DNA of 64,000 nucleotides. Origin: Planctomycetota bacterium. Lineage in GTDB: Bacteria > Planctomycetota > J058 > JAJDCQ01. The position numbers and the translations under genes are program-made. Below, one piece after another: positions 30,442-43,554 of this stretch. The stretch spans positions 4,603 to 68,602 of the forward strand of contig JAJDCQ010000035.1 in the NCBI GenBank assembly GCA_029260755.1, given 5' to 3'. Position 1 is the stretch's first letter, and every line of letters begins with the position of its first letter. The notes below the pieces were generated by a model. The model searched no databases. It saw only the letters and a program-made list of their open reading frames with translations, and had not been told where the DNA came from.

Positions 30442-31560
30442 CTAGCGGAGCTGTTGCCAGTCGAAGTCGACGTGGATCGCCTCGTGGTCGCTCAGCGGGT
30501 CGCCGTTCGACGTGACGAACTCGTCGGCGATCCGCCACTGGGTCGGCGTCAGGCGGACGTCGAGCGAGCTGCGGAACATGAGCCGGTCGATCTTCTCGAT
30601 GCCGACGTTCAGGAAGCGAGCCGAGTCTTGCATGCCCGCGCCGTCGAGCAGCGCGCGCAGGGTCGGCTCGTCCGCCGGGTCGAAGCCGTCCATGTTCGTG
30701 TCGCCGGCGACGATGACGGCCTTGCCGGCCGAGTAGGTCGCCATGTACGCGAGGATCTGGACGACCTGATCGTTGCGCGCGTCGATGTCGTCGCGGCTTC
30801 CGCCCGCATCACAGTGGAGGTTGTACACGTCCACGAAGATGCCCGGATGGAGCTCGTGGCGCGCCGCCGAGAAGCCCTTCGCGGCGAGGCAGTCGTTCGC
30901 GGCTCCCGTGAGGCCATTGCAGGACTGCCACCGCTGCCGCGCGAAGTCGAAGAACGGCGTGTCGCTGAATCGGTTCAGGCCGTCGTTGACGAGCCGCCCG
31001 CTCTGCTGGAGCGGCACCGACTGGTGCGGGTGCTGCGCGTCCTGGGCGAGCTCGCCGTGGTACCAGAAGTCCTCCTGGGCGAGGACGAGGTCGTAGGCGT
31101 TCAGCTTGTCGCTGATCCGCGGGATGTTGACGATCGGGTTCGAGCCCGAGAGCCCCTGGGGGAGGCCCGCGACGTTGTAACTGAGCGCGCTGAAGCTGCC
31201 GCTCGCGAGGCCGGTCGTGCCACCGCCGGTGGTCGTCCCGCCGCCGCCGCCAGTCGTGCCGCCGCCGCCAGTCGTGCCGCCGCCCCCGGTGGTCGTGCCG
31301 CCGCCACCCGTGGTGCCGCCGCCGCCCGTCGTGGAGCCGCCGCCGCCGGTGGTGGTGCCGCCCGACCCGCCGGTCGTCGTCCCGCCCGACGTGGTCGATC
31401 CGCCCGCGCCCGCGGGGGCGCGACCTCCGCCGTTGCTCCCTCCGCCGCTGCAGCCGGACGCGGCGAGCACCGCGGCGAGCGCCGCGGCAGAAAGGATGAG
31501 TCGACCGGGTGCGCGACGACCGTTCGGTCGCGGCGCGCCCGTGCTGGAACGCGTCACCAT
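30442..31560 (-). CDS. endonuclease/exonuclease/phosphatase (sphingomyelinase-like) lipoprotein with a Gly/Thr linker
   Basis: lipobox LAASGC; SYNV, AQEDF, GDTN, IDR, SDH motifs; (GGGTT)n linker. Confidence 0.82.
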   Translation of the reverse strand: MVTRSSTGAPRPNGRRAPGRLILSAAALAAVLAASGCSGGGSNGGGRAPAGAGGSTTSGGTTTGGSGGTTTGGGGSTTGGGGTTGGGGTTTGGGGTTGGGGTTGGGGGTTTGGGTTGLASGSFSALSYNVAGLPQGLSGSNPIVNIPRISDKLNAYDLVLAQEDFWYHGELAQDAQHPHQSVPLQQSGRLVNDGLNRFSDTPFFDFARQRWQSCNGLTGAANDCLAAKGFSAARHELHPGIFVDVYNLHCDAGGSRDDIDARNDQVVQILAYMATYSAGKAVIVAGDTNMDGFDPADEPTLRALLDGAGMQDSARFLNVGIEKIDRLMFRSSLDVRLTPTQWRIADEFVTSNGDPLSDHEAIHVDFDWQQLR

Positions 31561-31711
31561 CTTCGGAACCCCTCTCTCTCTCGTGATCTCCCCTGCAGGG
31601 GCGTCACACGAGCCGCCGTTGTTAACAAATCGAGACGGAGAGGGCAACGAAGGAACCGAAGAGACGCGCATCGCCTGGGCGCGGTCGCGGAAGGAGTTAC
31701 GACGCGACGCG

Positions 31712-34700
31712 TCAGCGCGGCCGGCGACCGAGGCGGCCCGTCGGCACGGAAACGAGGTCGCCTTCTGGACCTGCAACCAGCCCGGTTCGCCGGCGCGCCT
31801 GATCGATCAACGCGTCGCGACTCTCGTCGAGAACCTCGAACGACCAGAGGGCGAGGCGCCCGCTCTCCTCCACCGAGGCGAGTCGACGCCCGTCGGGGCT
31901 CCACCGCAGCCCGCTCGCCGTCGACGGGACCCGCCAGCGCTGGAGAACGCGGCCGCTCGGGATCTCCCACAGGGTGACGTCGGGCTCGGTGCCGGCGCTC
32001 GCCGCAATGTCGCCGCCGGGGCGGACCGAGAGGTGCTTGATCTCGTCGCCCTCGGGGCCGAGCCGGAGCCGGTCCTGCCCATCGACGCCGAGGACGCGGA
32101 GCAGCACCGGCTGGCGTCCCCGCCGACCGTGCTCGTGCCCGCCGACCACGACCGTGCGCACGGCCCGGTCGAGGTCGAGCGCGTGGGCGTGGAGGCGCCC
32201 GGTCCGGGCTCCGAGCTCGGTCGGCGCGCCGCCGCTCGTCCGGCCGAGGAACGTCCGCTCGGATGCGCCGTCGAACCAGGCGAGACGCCGCCCGTCCCGA
32301 CCGACGCCGACGACGCCGCCCGCGCCGAGCTCGACGACCGGCGTCGGATCGACGGTGAGCTCGGGAAGCTCGATCCGCCGCACCACCTTCCAGCCATCCG
32401 GCCCGGCCGAGATGCCCTGCACCGCGAGGAGGTCGCCGTCGTCGGTGAACGCCAGGCCGTGGACGACCGTCTCCGATGCGTCGATGCCGTCGCCACCCGG
32501 GAGGGTCAGGTCGCGGGCGTCGTCTTCTCCGAGGTGGACGGTGATCCGTCCGCCGTCGCCGCCGACCGCGAGCCGTTCGCCGTCGGATGCCGCGACCGAC
32601 GCGAGCGGGTAGCCGGCGCGCATCACCTCCCAGCCCCGCACCGCGAAGTCGAACAGCCCGATCTCGCCGCCGGCGGTCACCGCGAACAGGAAGTCCGGAT
32701 CGCGCCACGCGATCGCGGTCGCGCCGCTCTCGAATGTTTGGGGGGATATCTCCCAGCTCACCCGGGCGACCTCCCACGAGCGGATCGCCCCGTCCGTCGT
32801 GCCCGTGAGGATCTCGTGGTCCGGGGCGTACCCGAGCGCCTCGATCGCTCCGGCGCCTCCGACGAAGGTGCCGATCTGAACGCGACGGGCGACGTTCCAG
32901 ATCCGCACCTTCCCGTGCGCGTCGCCGCTCAGCAGGGTCGGCACGGCGGTCGGAGGGAACGCGAGCGCGGTGATCCGCGCGTCGTGGGCGGCGTCGTTCG
33001 GCAGCCCGGGGCCGGTTTGCTCCTGGGCGAGGTCGTGGAGGTGGAGGCTGTAGTCCTCCGCCGCGAGCGCGACGAGTCGTCCGTCCGCCGAGATGGCGAT
33101 CCGCGTGACCGGTGCGCTCGCCTGGAGCATCGCGGTGACCCGGTTGCCCTCGACGAGCCCCACCCGGCTCTGGTCGGTCAGGGCGATCGCGACCTTGCCG
33201 CCGCCGACGCCGACGGCCGCAGCCTCACCGACATGGTCGTGGCGAGCGAGGACGGCTCCGTCGCGCGTCCGGACGATGCGCAGGGTGTCGCTCCCCGCGA
33301 TGGCTGCCATCGCGCCGTCGGGGGCCAGCGCGGCGGCGTCGATGCGTCCCGCGACCGGAGCGAGCGTCTGGTCGCGCGCGTCGCCCCGAAGGATCGCGAT
33401 GCCGCCGTGGTCGTCGATCTCGACGAGGCCGCCGTCGCCGAGCCATCGCACCGCGACGATCTCCCCCGCGGTGGGGCCGAGGGCGCGGGCGATCTCGCCG
33501 GTCTGGCCGTCGTGGAAGCGGATGAAGCGATCGGCGTAGGTCGAGGCGATGCTCGGGCCTCCGGCGATCGAGAGGACCGGTCCGCTCGCCCCGTAGAGCC
33601 CGGCGAGCTCGCCCGCCCCGTCGGGGTCATCGATGTGGACGAACCCGGCGTCGTCGATCACGGCGACCTGACGTCCGCCGGCCCGGAACGCCGCCCGCCA
33701 CGTCGCCTGATGCCCGACGAAGCGGACCATGTTGCGGACGGCCGGCGGGTCGAGCGCGAGATGGATGCGGACGCCGGCGCCCGAGATGGCGATCGCCCGT
33801 CGCCCGTCGTCGCTCGCCGCGATGGCGATGATCGGCGCCGAGAGGGTCGCGCGACCGAGGTCGACCCGTCGAACCTCCTCGCCCGGTCGGACGAGGTGGA
33901 TCTGGCCGCGATGGGTCCCGACGAGGAGGCGCCCGTCGGGAAGGGGGGCCGCCGCCCGAACGGTGCCGACGCCGGCAAGCTCGACCCGCTGAAGCGGGGC
34001 GTCGTCGTCGAGCGCGCCGTGGAGGACGTCGCCGTCGACGACGGCGACCAGCCGGCCGTGGCCGCAGCCGACCCACCCCGCGTCCCGGGCGAGGCCGGGG
34101 CGCGAGGCGGCCGGCTCGCCGTCGATCGCGTCCGCCGGCCAGCGTCGGGTCGAGAGATCGGCGCCGACCGCGGTGACGTGATCGCCGACCGCGGCGAGGG
34201 CGACGACCCCGACGCCGTGCGCGCCGAGTCGCGCGACCGGCGCGCCGTCGGCCGGGTCCCACGCGCGAACCGTGCCGTCGGGGCCGCTCGCCGAGAGCAG
34301 CCGGCGCCCGTCGTCGCTCCACGCGACCGCGGTTGCGGGGCCATCCTCGGGGAGGATCAGGGCGCGGGCGCGCCGTGACTCGCCGTCCCACAGGCGCACG
34401 CCCGCCGTGTCGGCCGTCGCGAGGGTGGCGCCGTCCGGGCTCCAGGCGACGTCGACTCGCTCCCCGCCGTGCCGGACCGACGTGGTGAACCGGAGCCACG
34501 CCGTCCGCGCCCGCGCCCGGGCGATGATGATGCGCGCGCGGACGTCGTCCGTGATCGCGAGCGCGCCGGCGGCGGTGGCCCAAGCCTCCTGATGGTGGTT
34601 CCGCGCGAGGAGGCCGGCCGCCCGCTCGACGAGCATCGCGACCCGCTCCGCATCGGAGCTCGCCGGCCCCGACGCGGCGTCGCCGCCCCGCTCGCGATCG

Positions 34701-36046
34701 GGCTCGGCCTCGGAGCCGGCGCCCGCCTCGGCGGCGAGCCGGTCGGCCCGCGCCCGCTCGGCGCGGGCGAGCTCCTCGGCCGCGGCGAGCCGGGTGCGGA
34801 GCGCCGCGGCGCTCGCGCGGGCGTCGTCGACGGCCCGGGCCGCGAGGGCGATCGCCATGCCGAGGCCGAGACCGGCGAGCACCACCGTCGCCAGGAGCGC
34901 GACGGCGCGCGCGCGGTTCCGTCGCGACCATCGGAGCACCCGGGCGGCGCGGCCGACCGGGCGCGCCCGGATCGACCGGCCGGCGAGGAAGCGGCCGAGC
35001 TCCTCGGCGACCGCCGCGGCGGACGGGTAGCGATCGTCGGGGTCCTTCTCGAGGCAGCGGAGGGTGATCGTCTCGAGGTCGGCCGGGATCGCATCGACGA
35101 CGGCGCGCGGCCGGATCGGCGGATCCGAGATCACCTTCTGGAGGACCTCGATCGCGTGCTCACCCTGAAACGGCGGGTGGCCGACCGTCGCGCGGTAGAG
35201 GAGCGCGCCGACCGCCCAGATGTCGACGGCCGGGCGCGGCGTCGGGTCGAGGCCGGACGCCTGCTCGGGCGCCATGTAGGAGGGCGTGCCGACGACCACG
35301 CCGGTGACGGTGAGGTGGAGCGTCGTGCGGGTGTCGCCGGCGAGGCCGAAGTCGGTCAGGAGCGTCCGGCCGTCCTTGGCATCGATGATGACGTTCTGCG
35401 GCTTCACGTCGCGGTGGATCACGCCGTGGTCGTGGGCGTGGTCGAGGGCGCGGGCGAGGTCGCGGGCCATCTCCGCCGCGCGCTCCGGCGGCGGGAGCTC
35501 GCGCGCGAGCCGCTCCTCGAGCGACTCGCCCTCGACGAGGTCCATCACGATGTACAGCTGTCCGCCGTGGCTGCCCGCCTCGTGGACGCCGACGATGTTC
35601 GGGTGGCGCAGGCGGGCGCAGACGCGCGCCTCGCGGATGAACCGCTCGCGCTCGTCGGGCTCCATCGTCGGGCCCGACCCGTGGATCATCTTGATGGCGA
35701 CGTCGCGGTCGAGCGCCGCGTCGTGAGCGCGGTAGACGACGCCCATGCCGCCGCGACCGATCTCGCCGCGCACCGCGTAGCGCCCGATCTGCCGCGGGAC
35801 CCCGGGCGCGGTCGGCGCGGCGAACGACCCGGCCGGCGTGGCCATCCCCGCCGGCAGGTCGCCCGAGGCCGACGCGCGCAGGGTGAGCAGCGGCGCCGAG
35901 GTCGGCCGGAGGCTGTGGGGGCCGCCGGACGGCAGGCTGGCGGGCGGCGCGGCGACCGGCTCCCCGCAGCCCGGGCATCGGGCGACCCCGCGCGCGTCGA
36001 CGGCAGGCTGGGGAAAGGCTCGGCCGCAGCGGGGGCAGGGCCGCAT
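31712..36046 (-). CDS. Ser/Thr protein kinase with an N-terminal Zn ribbon and WD40 repeats
   Basis: CPRC..CPGC; IGRGGMGVVY, HRDVKPQN, TDFGLA; many AWSPDG and VRxWD repeats. Confidence 0.9.
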   Translation of the reverse strand: MRPCPRCGRAFPQPAVDARGVARCPGCGEPVAAPPASLPSGGPHSLRPTSAPLLTLRASASGDLPAGMATPAGSFAAPTAPGVPRQIGRYAVRGEIGRGGMGVVYRAHDAALDRDVAIKMIHGSGPTMEPDERERFIREARVCARLRHPNIVGVHEAGSHGGQLYIVMDLVEGESLEERLARELPPPERAAEMARDLARALDHAHDHGVIHRDVKPQNVIIDAKDGRTLLTDFGLAGDTRTTLHLTVTGVVVGTPSYMAPEQASGLDPTPRPAVDIWAVGALLYRATVGHPPFQGEHAIEVLQKVISDPPIRPRAVVDAIPADLETITLRCLEKDPDDRYPSAAAVAEELGRFLAGRSIRARPVGRAARVLRWSRRNRARAVALLATVVLAGLGLGMAIALAARAVDDARASAAALRTRLAAAEELARAERARADRLAAEAGAGSEAEPDRERGGDAASGPASSDAERVAMLVERAAGLLARNHHQEAWATAAGALAITDDVRARIIIARARARTAWLRFTTSVRHGGERVDVAWSPDGATLATADTAGVRLWDGESRRARALILPEDGPATAVAWSDDGRRLLSASGPDGTVRAWDPADGAPVARLGAHGVGVVALAAVGDHVTAVGADLSTRRWPADAIDGEPAASRPGLARDAGWVGCGHGRLVAVVDGDVLHGALDDDAPLQRVELAGVGTVRAAAPLPDGRLLVGTHRGQIHLVRPGEEVRRVDLGRATLSAPIIAIAASDDGRRAIAISGAGVRIHLALDPPAVRNMVRFVGHQATWRAAFRAGGRQVAVIDDAGFVHIDDPDGAGELAGLYGASGPVLSIAGGPSIASTYADRFIRFHDGQTGEIARALGPTAGEIVAVRWLGDGGLVEIDDHGGIAILRGDARDQTLAPVAGRIDAAALAPDGAMAAIAGSDTLRIVRTRDGAVLARHDHVGEAAAVGVGGGKVAIALTDQSRVGLVEGNRVTAMLQASAPVTRIAISADGRLVALAAEDYSLHLHDLAQEQTGPGLPNDAAHDARITALAFPPTAVPTLLSGDAHGKVRIWNVARRVQIGTFVGGAGAIEALGYAPDHEILTGTTDGAIRSWEVARVSWEISPQTFESGATAIAWRDPDFLFAVTAGGEIGLFDFAVRGWEVMRAGYPLASVAASDGERLAVGGDGGRITVHLGEDDARDLTLPGGDGIDASETVVHGLAFTDDGDLLAVQGISAGPDGWKVVRRIELPELTVDPTPVVELGAGGVVGVGRDGRRLAWFDGASERTFLGRTSGGAPTELGARTGRLHAHALDLDRAVRTVVVGGHEHGRRGRQPVLLRVLGVDGQDRLRLGPEGDEIKHLSVRPGGDIAASAGTEPDVTLWEIPSGRVLQRWRVPSTASGLRWSPDGRRLASVEESGRLALWSFEVLDESRDALIDQARRRTGLVAGPEGDLVSVPTGRLGRRPR

Positions 36047-36112
36047 GGCGAGTCATTGTCGGTCCGCGCGGGGCCGTCGGTCAAACCGCGGGAGCGCGAG
36101 GCGGGGCGCGCC

Positions 36113-37240
36113 CTACTTGGTCAGCCAGCGCAGGCCGGTGACGACCTCGCCGCAGAGCGAGCGGGCGTGCGCCTCGGTGAAGCGCGCGCGTGCCGGGTCG
36201 CTCGCCTTGAGGTGCACGTCGCAGAAGGCGAGGGTGAGCGCCTTCGTGATGCGCTGGACGTCCGGCCGCGAGCGCGACGGGAGGAGATGCGCCTTCGGGT
36301 TGTCGGCGAACGCGAGGTGGTCGGCGTTCTGCAGCCACACGAAGGTCTTGTCGCCTTCGGGCATGAGCTCGAACGCCTCGAGGCGCACCTCGGCGGGCTG
36401 CGTGCTGCCGTCCGCGCCGAGCTGGTGGTCCTCGCTCCCGCTCAGGCACAGGAGCGGCCGGTCGATCGTCGCGAAGCTCTCCTTCGAGAAGCGCGAGGTG
36501 CCCGTCCCCTGCGGCGACATGGCGACGCCGATCGTGATCCGCGGGTCGGAGAGGTCGCCCGCCAGGCCGGCCGCGCCGGGCGACACCGGCGGGTCGAGGT
36601 GGTCGAGGATCGGCTGCGCGCCGCAGGCGACGAGGGTGGTGTAGGCGCCGTAGGAGTGGCCGATCACCGCGACCTTCGAGACGTCGATCCGGCCGGCGAG
36701 CGGGCCGCCGTCCGCCGTCCACTCGGTCGCCCGGTCGATCGCGAAGCTCACGTCGCGCGGGCGCTCGAGGACGCTCCGCGGGTCGGCGACGATCTGCAGC
36801 AGCGCCTCGTGGACCTTCGCCTTGACGCCGATGGCACGCGATCGCCGCGAGAGCCACCGGACGCGCTCGGTGTTGCTGAAGACGTGCTCGGTGCACACCG
36901 CGACGTAGCCGTGGCTCGCCAGATGGCGCGCCTGGTAGAGGAAGGCATCGCGGTTGCCGGCGCCGCCGTGGCTCAGGATCACCAGCGGCCACGGGCCGGC
37001 GGCGCGCGGGTAGTGGACCTTCAGCGGGACGCGTCGCCCGCCCCGGTCGGCATCGGTCAGGTCGGGGAAGTCGAGGGTGAGGGTCGCGTGCGGGCCGTCC
37101 TCGGCGCCGGTCGGCGCGGGCGCGGGCGCCGGCGTGGTCGGGCCGTCGGCCGGCGGCTCGTCGGCGAACGCGGGGAGGGCGAGGGCGAGGATCGCGGTCG
37201 CGGCCAGCGCGGCGGAGCGAATCGAGTCGAGGAAGGTCAT
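36113..37240 (-). CDS. secreted alpha/beta hydrolase (dienelactone hydrolase/chlorophyllase-like)
   Basis: signal peptide; ILSHGAG, GHSYG nucleophile elbow, SGSED, ADHLAF. Confidence 0.82.
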   Translation of the reverse strand: MTFLDSIRSAALAATAILALALPAFADEPPADGPTTPAPAPAPTGAEDGPHATLTLDFPDLTDADRGGRRVPLKVHYPRAAGPWPLVILSHGGAGNRDAFLYQARHLASHGYVAVCTEHVFSNTERVRWLSRRSRAIGVKAKVHEALLQIVADPRSVLERPRDVSFAIDRATEWTADGGPLAGRIDVSKVAVIGHSYGAYTTLVACGAQPILDHLDPPVSPGAAGLAGDLSDPRITIGVAMSPQGTGTSRFSKESFATIDRPLLCLSGSEDHQLGADGSTQPAEVRLEAFELMPEGDKTFVWLQNADHLAFADNPKAHLLPSRSRPDVQRITKALTLAFCDVHLKASDPARARFTEAHARSLCGEVVTGLRWLTK

Positions 37241-37309
37241 GTCCGTGGCTCCTGTCGGGCGGGCTCGACGGGAGATACCGGGCCGGAGGCTCGGCGGTTT
37301 CGCGGGGCG

Positions 37310-37756
37310 TCAGGCGAGCGCGAGAATCCGCGCCGCGGCGGGCGCCACGGCCTCTTCCACCGCCGGCGAGAGCCCGGCGCCGGGCTGCACCGGCGGCTCG
37401 ATCGTGACCCCGACGATCGTCACCGAGGGCGGGCGCTCGACGCCGGGCGCGAGCGTCCGGGCGAGGGCGAGGAGGTCGGCGACGCCGATCCCGTGGCCGG
37501 AGAGCGGGCGGGCGCGGCCCGCGGCCAGCTCGTCGGGGTCGAGGACGATCACCCGTCCGGCCGGGCCGCCGTCGTCGAGCGCGTCGACGACGATGGTCGC
37601 CGGTCCTCCGCGCTCGAGGAGCGGGAGCAGCCCGGTCGGGTCGGCGAGCTCGATGACCTCGACGGCGGCGGCCGCGAGCTCGCGGACGCGCCGCGCGACC
37701 GCGAGCCCGACGGCGTCGTCGCCGGCGGCGGCGCCGCCGATCCCGATGACGCGCAT
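37310..37756 (-). CDS. hydrogenase maturation endopeptidase
   Basis: MRVIGIG..AGDDAVG, IVVDA, SGHGIG. Confidence 0.82.
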   Translation of the reverse strand: MRVIGIGGAAAGDDAVGLAVARRVRELAAAAVEVIELADPTGLLPLLERGGPATIVVDALDDGGPAGRVIVLDPDELAAGRARPLSGHGIGVADLLALARTLAPGVERPPSVTIVGVTIEPPVQPGAGLSPAVEEAVAPAAARILALA

Positions 37757-37761
37757 CGGCC

Positions 37762-38771
37762 CTACGATCGCGGCATCTCCTGGCTGAAGCGCACGAGCGC
37801 CTTCATGTAGTGGGCGCGCTCGTAGGCGGCCGGGTCGTCGGCGGCCCGCGCGCAGAGGCTGCCCTTCATCTGCTCGACGCTCTCGTAGTCCTCCTCGGAG
37901 AGCCACTCCTCGAGCTCCATCTGGACCTTGCCGATCCAGCCGGGGCCGCGCTGGAGCAGGGCGCTCGCCATCTGGACGACGTCCGCCCCCGCGAGGAGCA
38001 GCTTGATCACGTCGGTCGCCCGGTGGGCTCCGGTCGATGCGGCGAGCGAGCTCGGGATGCGTCCGCGGAGGATCGCGATCCATCGGAGCGTCTGCCGCAG
38101 CTCGGACGGGCTGCTCATCTCCATGTTGGCGACCACCTCCATCGTCCCCAGGTCGATGTCGGGATGGATGAACCGGTTGAAGATGACGATGCCCGCCGCG
38201 CCCGCCTCGGTCAGGCGGCGGGCCATGTTGGAGACCGAGCTGAAGTAGGGTCCGATCTTGACCGCGACCGGGATCGAGATCGTCTTGCAGACCGACTCGA
38301 CCAGCTCGATATACCGGTTCTCGACCTCGGCGCCGGTGATGCCGGGCTCGGCCGCGACGTAGTAGATGTTCAGCTCGAGCGCGTCGATCCCGGTGTCCTC
38401 GAGGCGGCGCGCGTAGCGGGTCCACCCGCCGGGGGACGCCCCGTTGAGGCTCCCGATCACCGGGATCTTCAGGTGCTGCCGGCACCGCTCGACGTGCTCG
38501 AGCCAGCCGGTCGGCCCGGTGTTGTAGTTCTCGAGCTCGGGGAACCAGGTGAGCGCCTCGCCGACGCTCTCGGTGGCGAAGTCGAGCATCCGCATCGCCT
38601 CGATCGCCTCGTGCTCGATCTGCTCCTCGAACAGGCTCTTCATCACGACGGCCGCCGCGCCGGCCGCCTCGAGCTGCTGGAGCGTCTCGAGGTCGCCCGA
38701 GAGGGGCGAGGCCGCCGCCACGAGCGGGCTGCGCAGCTCGAGGCCGAGGTAGGTCGTCTTCAGGTCGACCG

Positions 38772-38775
<4 letters not shown>
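37762..38775 (-). CDS. dihydroorotate dehydrogenase-like flavoprotein (nifJ-associated type)
   Basis: TTYLGLELRSPLVAAASPL, KSLFEEQI, ALELN, PVAVKIGPYFS, FNRF. Confidence 0.88.
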
Positions 38776-42380
<3,605 letters not shown>

Positions 42381-42423
42381 CGGGAGCTCCTGTTCGAGAC
42401 GCGGGCGGCCCGCGTCGGGGTCG

Positions 42424-43374
42424 TCAGGGGTTCACGCCCGCGGCGGCGAGGCGGTCGCTCGTCTGGGCATCGCCGACGCCCGTGCGGATGGTCAGGACCG
42501 GACACGAGGCCGCCGCGACGACCCGCTCGGCCGTGCTGCCGAGGATCAGGTCCTTGATGCCCGCGCGTCCCTGGCTGCCCATCACGATCATCCCGGCGCC
42601 GAGGCCGTCGGCGAGCGCGACGATCTCCCGGTGGGGACGCCCGCGGACGACGTGCTCGCTCGTCCGGAGCTCGCCGGGGCGGCCGACCTCGCGGAGCTCA
42701 TTGGCGAGGACGCCCTTCGCCTCGGTGCGGACCTGCTCGAAGAACCGGTCGAACGCCGCGCTCTCGCCGCCACGGTCGATGACGATGCCGGACAGGCCCT
42801 CGGGCGCGACGACGTGGACGAGATGGAGCTCGGAGGAGAGCTCCTTCGCGAGCTCGAGGGCGACGCTCGCGCCCTCCCGGGCGCACGCGCTGAAGTCGGT
42901 GGGGCAGACGATCGAGCCCGACTCGAACGTGTCCGGGCCCTCGCCGCGGACGGTGAGGACGGGCCGGAGAGACCGTCTCAGCACGTCGGCCGCGACGCTG
43001 CCGAGGAGCATCTTCGTCAGCCCGCGGCGGCCGTGCGTCCCGATCACGATCAGGTCGGCCGATCCGACCTCCGCCTCGCGCAGGATCGTGTCGGCGGCGC
43101 CGCCGAGGTGGACCTCCGGGCTCAGCGGCGTGCCCGCCGGGACGTCGCACCCGGCCAGGAACGCGTCGACCTCGTCGCGCGCGATCTTCTCGGCGCGGAC
43201 GAGGTCGAGCACGCTCGTGCCGTCGAACGCCGGCGAGAGGTTGAGCGGCTCGACGACGTGGAGCAGCCGGATGCGTCCAGACGATCGCGCGCAGAGCGAT
43301 GCGGCGAGGGCGACGGCTCGCCGGCTCACGTCGCTGAAGTCGATGGGGACCAGAATCTCGCGGAATCTCAGCAT
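42424..43374 (-). CDS. tandem-domain universal stress protein
   Basis: ILVPIDFS...GTHGRRG..LLGSVA..V; IVCPTDFS...GSQGRAG..ILGSTAE. Confidence 0.92.
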   Translation of the reverse strand: MLRFREILVPIDFSDVSRRAVALAASLCARSSGRIRLLHVVEPLNLSPAFDGTSVLDLVRAEKIARDEVDAFLAGCDVPAGTPLSPEVHLGGAADTILREAEVGSADLIVIGTHGRRGLTKMLLGSVAADVLRRSLRPVLTVRGEGPDTFESGSIVCPTDFSACAREGASVALELAKELSSELHLVHVVAPEGLSGIVIDRGGESAAFDRFFEQVRTEAKGVLANELREVGRPGELRTSEHVVRGRPHREIVALADGLGAGMIVMGSQGRAGIKDLILGSTAERVVAAASCPVLTIRTGVGDAQTSDRLAAAGVNP

Positions 43375-43416
43375 GATGTCCCTCTCCTTCCTCCGGGGTG
43401 GCGCGCGCGTCACAAC

Positions 43417-43432
43417 GCACGCGGCGCGCCAA
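43417..43432 (-). promoter_or_regulatory. putative sigma54 -24/-12 promoter for usp-nifJ
   Basis: minus strand TTGGCGCGCCGCGTGC (GG-N10-GC), 42 nt upstream of the ATG. Confidence 0.55.
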
Positions 43433-43554
43433 GGGATGGTCGTGGCGGCGCGTCGTGTTCCGCCGGTCTTGGGGTCGGAGCGGCGCGAGGTTCTTCGCGG
43501 ATGGCGAGATATTGCCCGGTCCGTCCGCCTCCTGGGTGGGGCGACCGCGACCGA

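Noticed and set aside
31210-31400. GGC/ACC-rich repeat as a mobile or regulatory repeat
   Set aside because: Explained as a coding (GGGTT)n linker of the EEP lipoprotein
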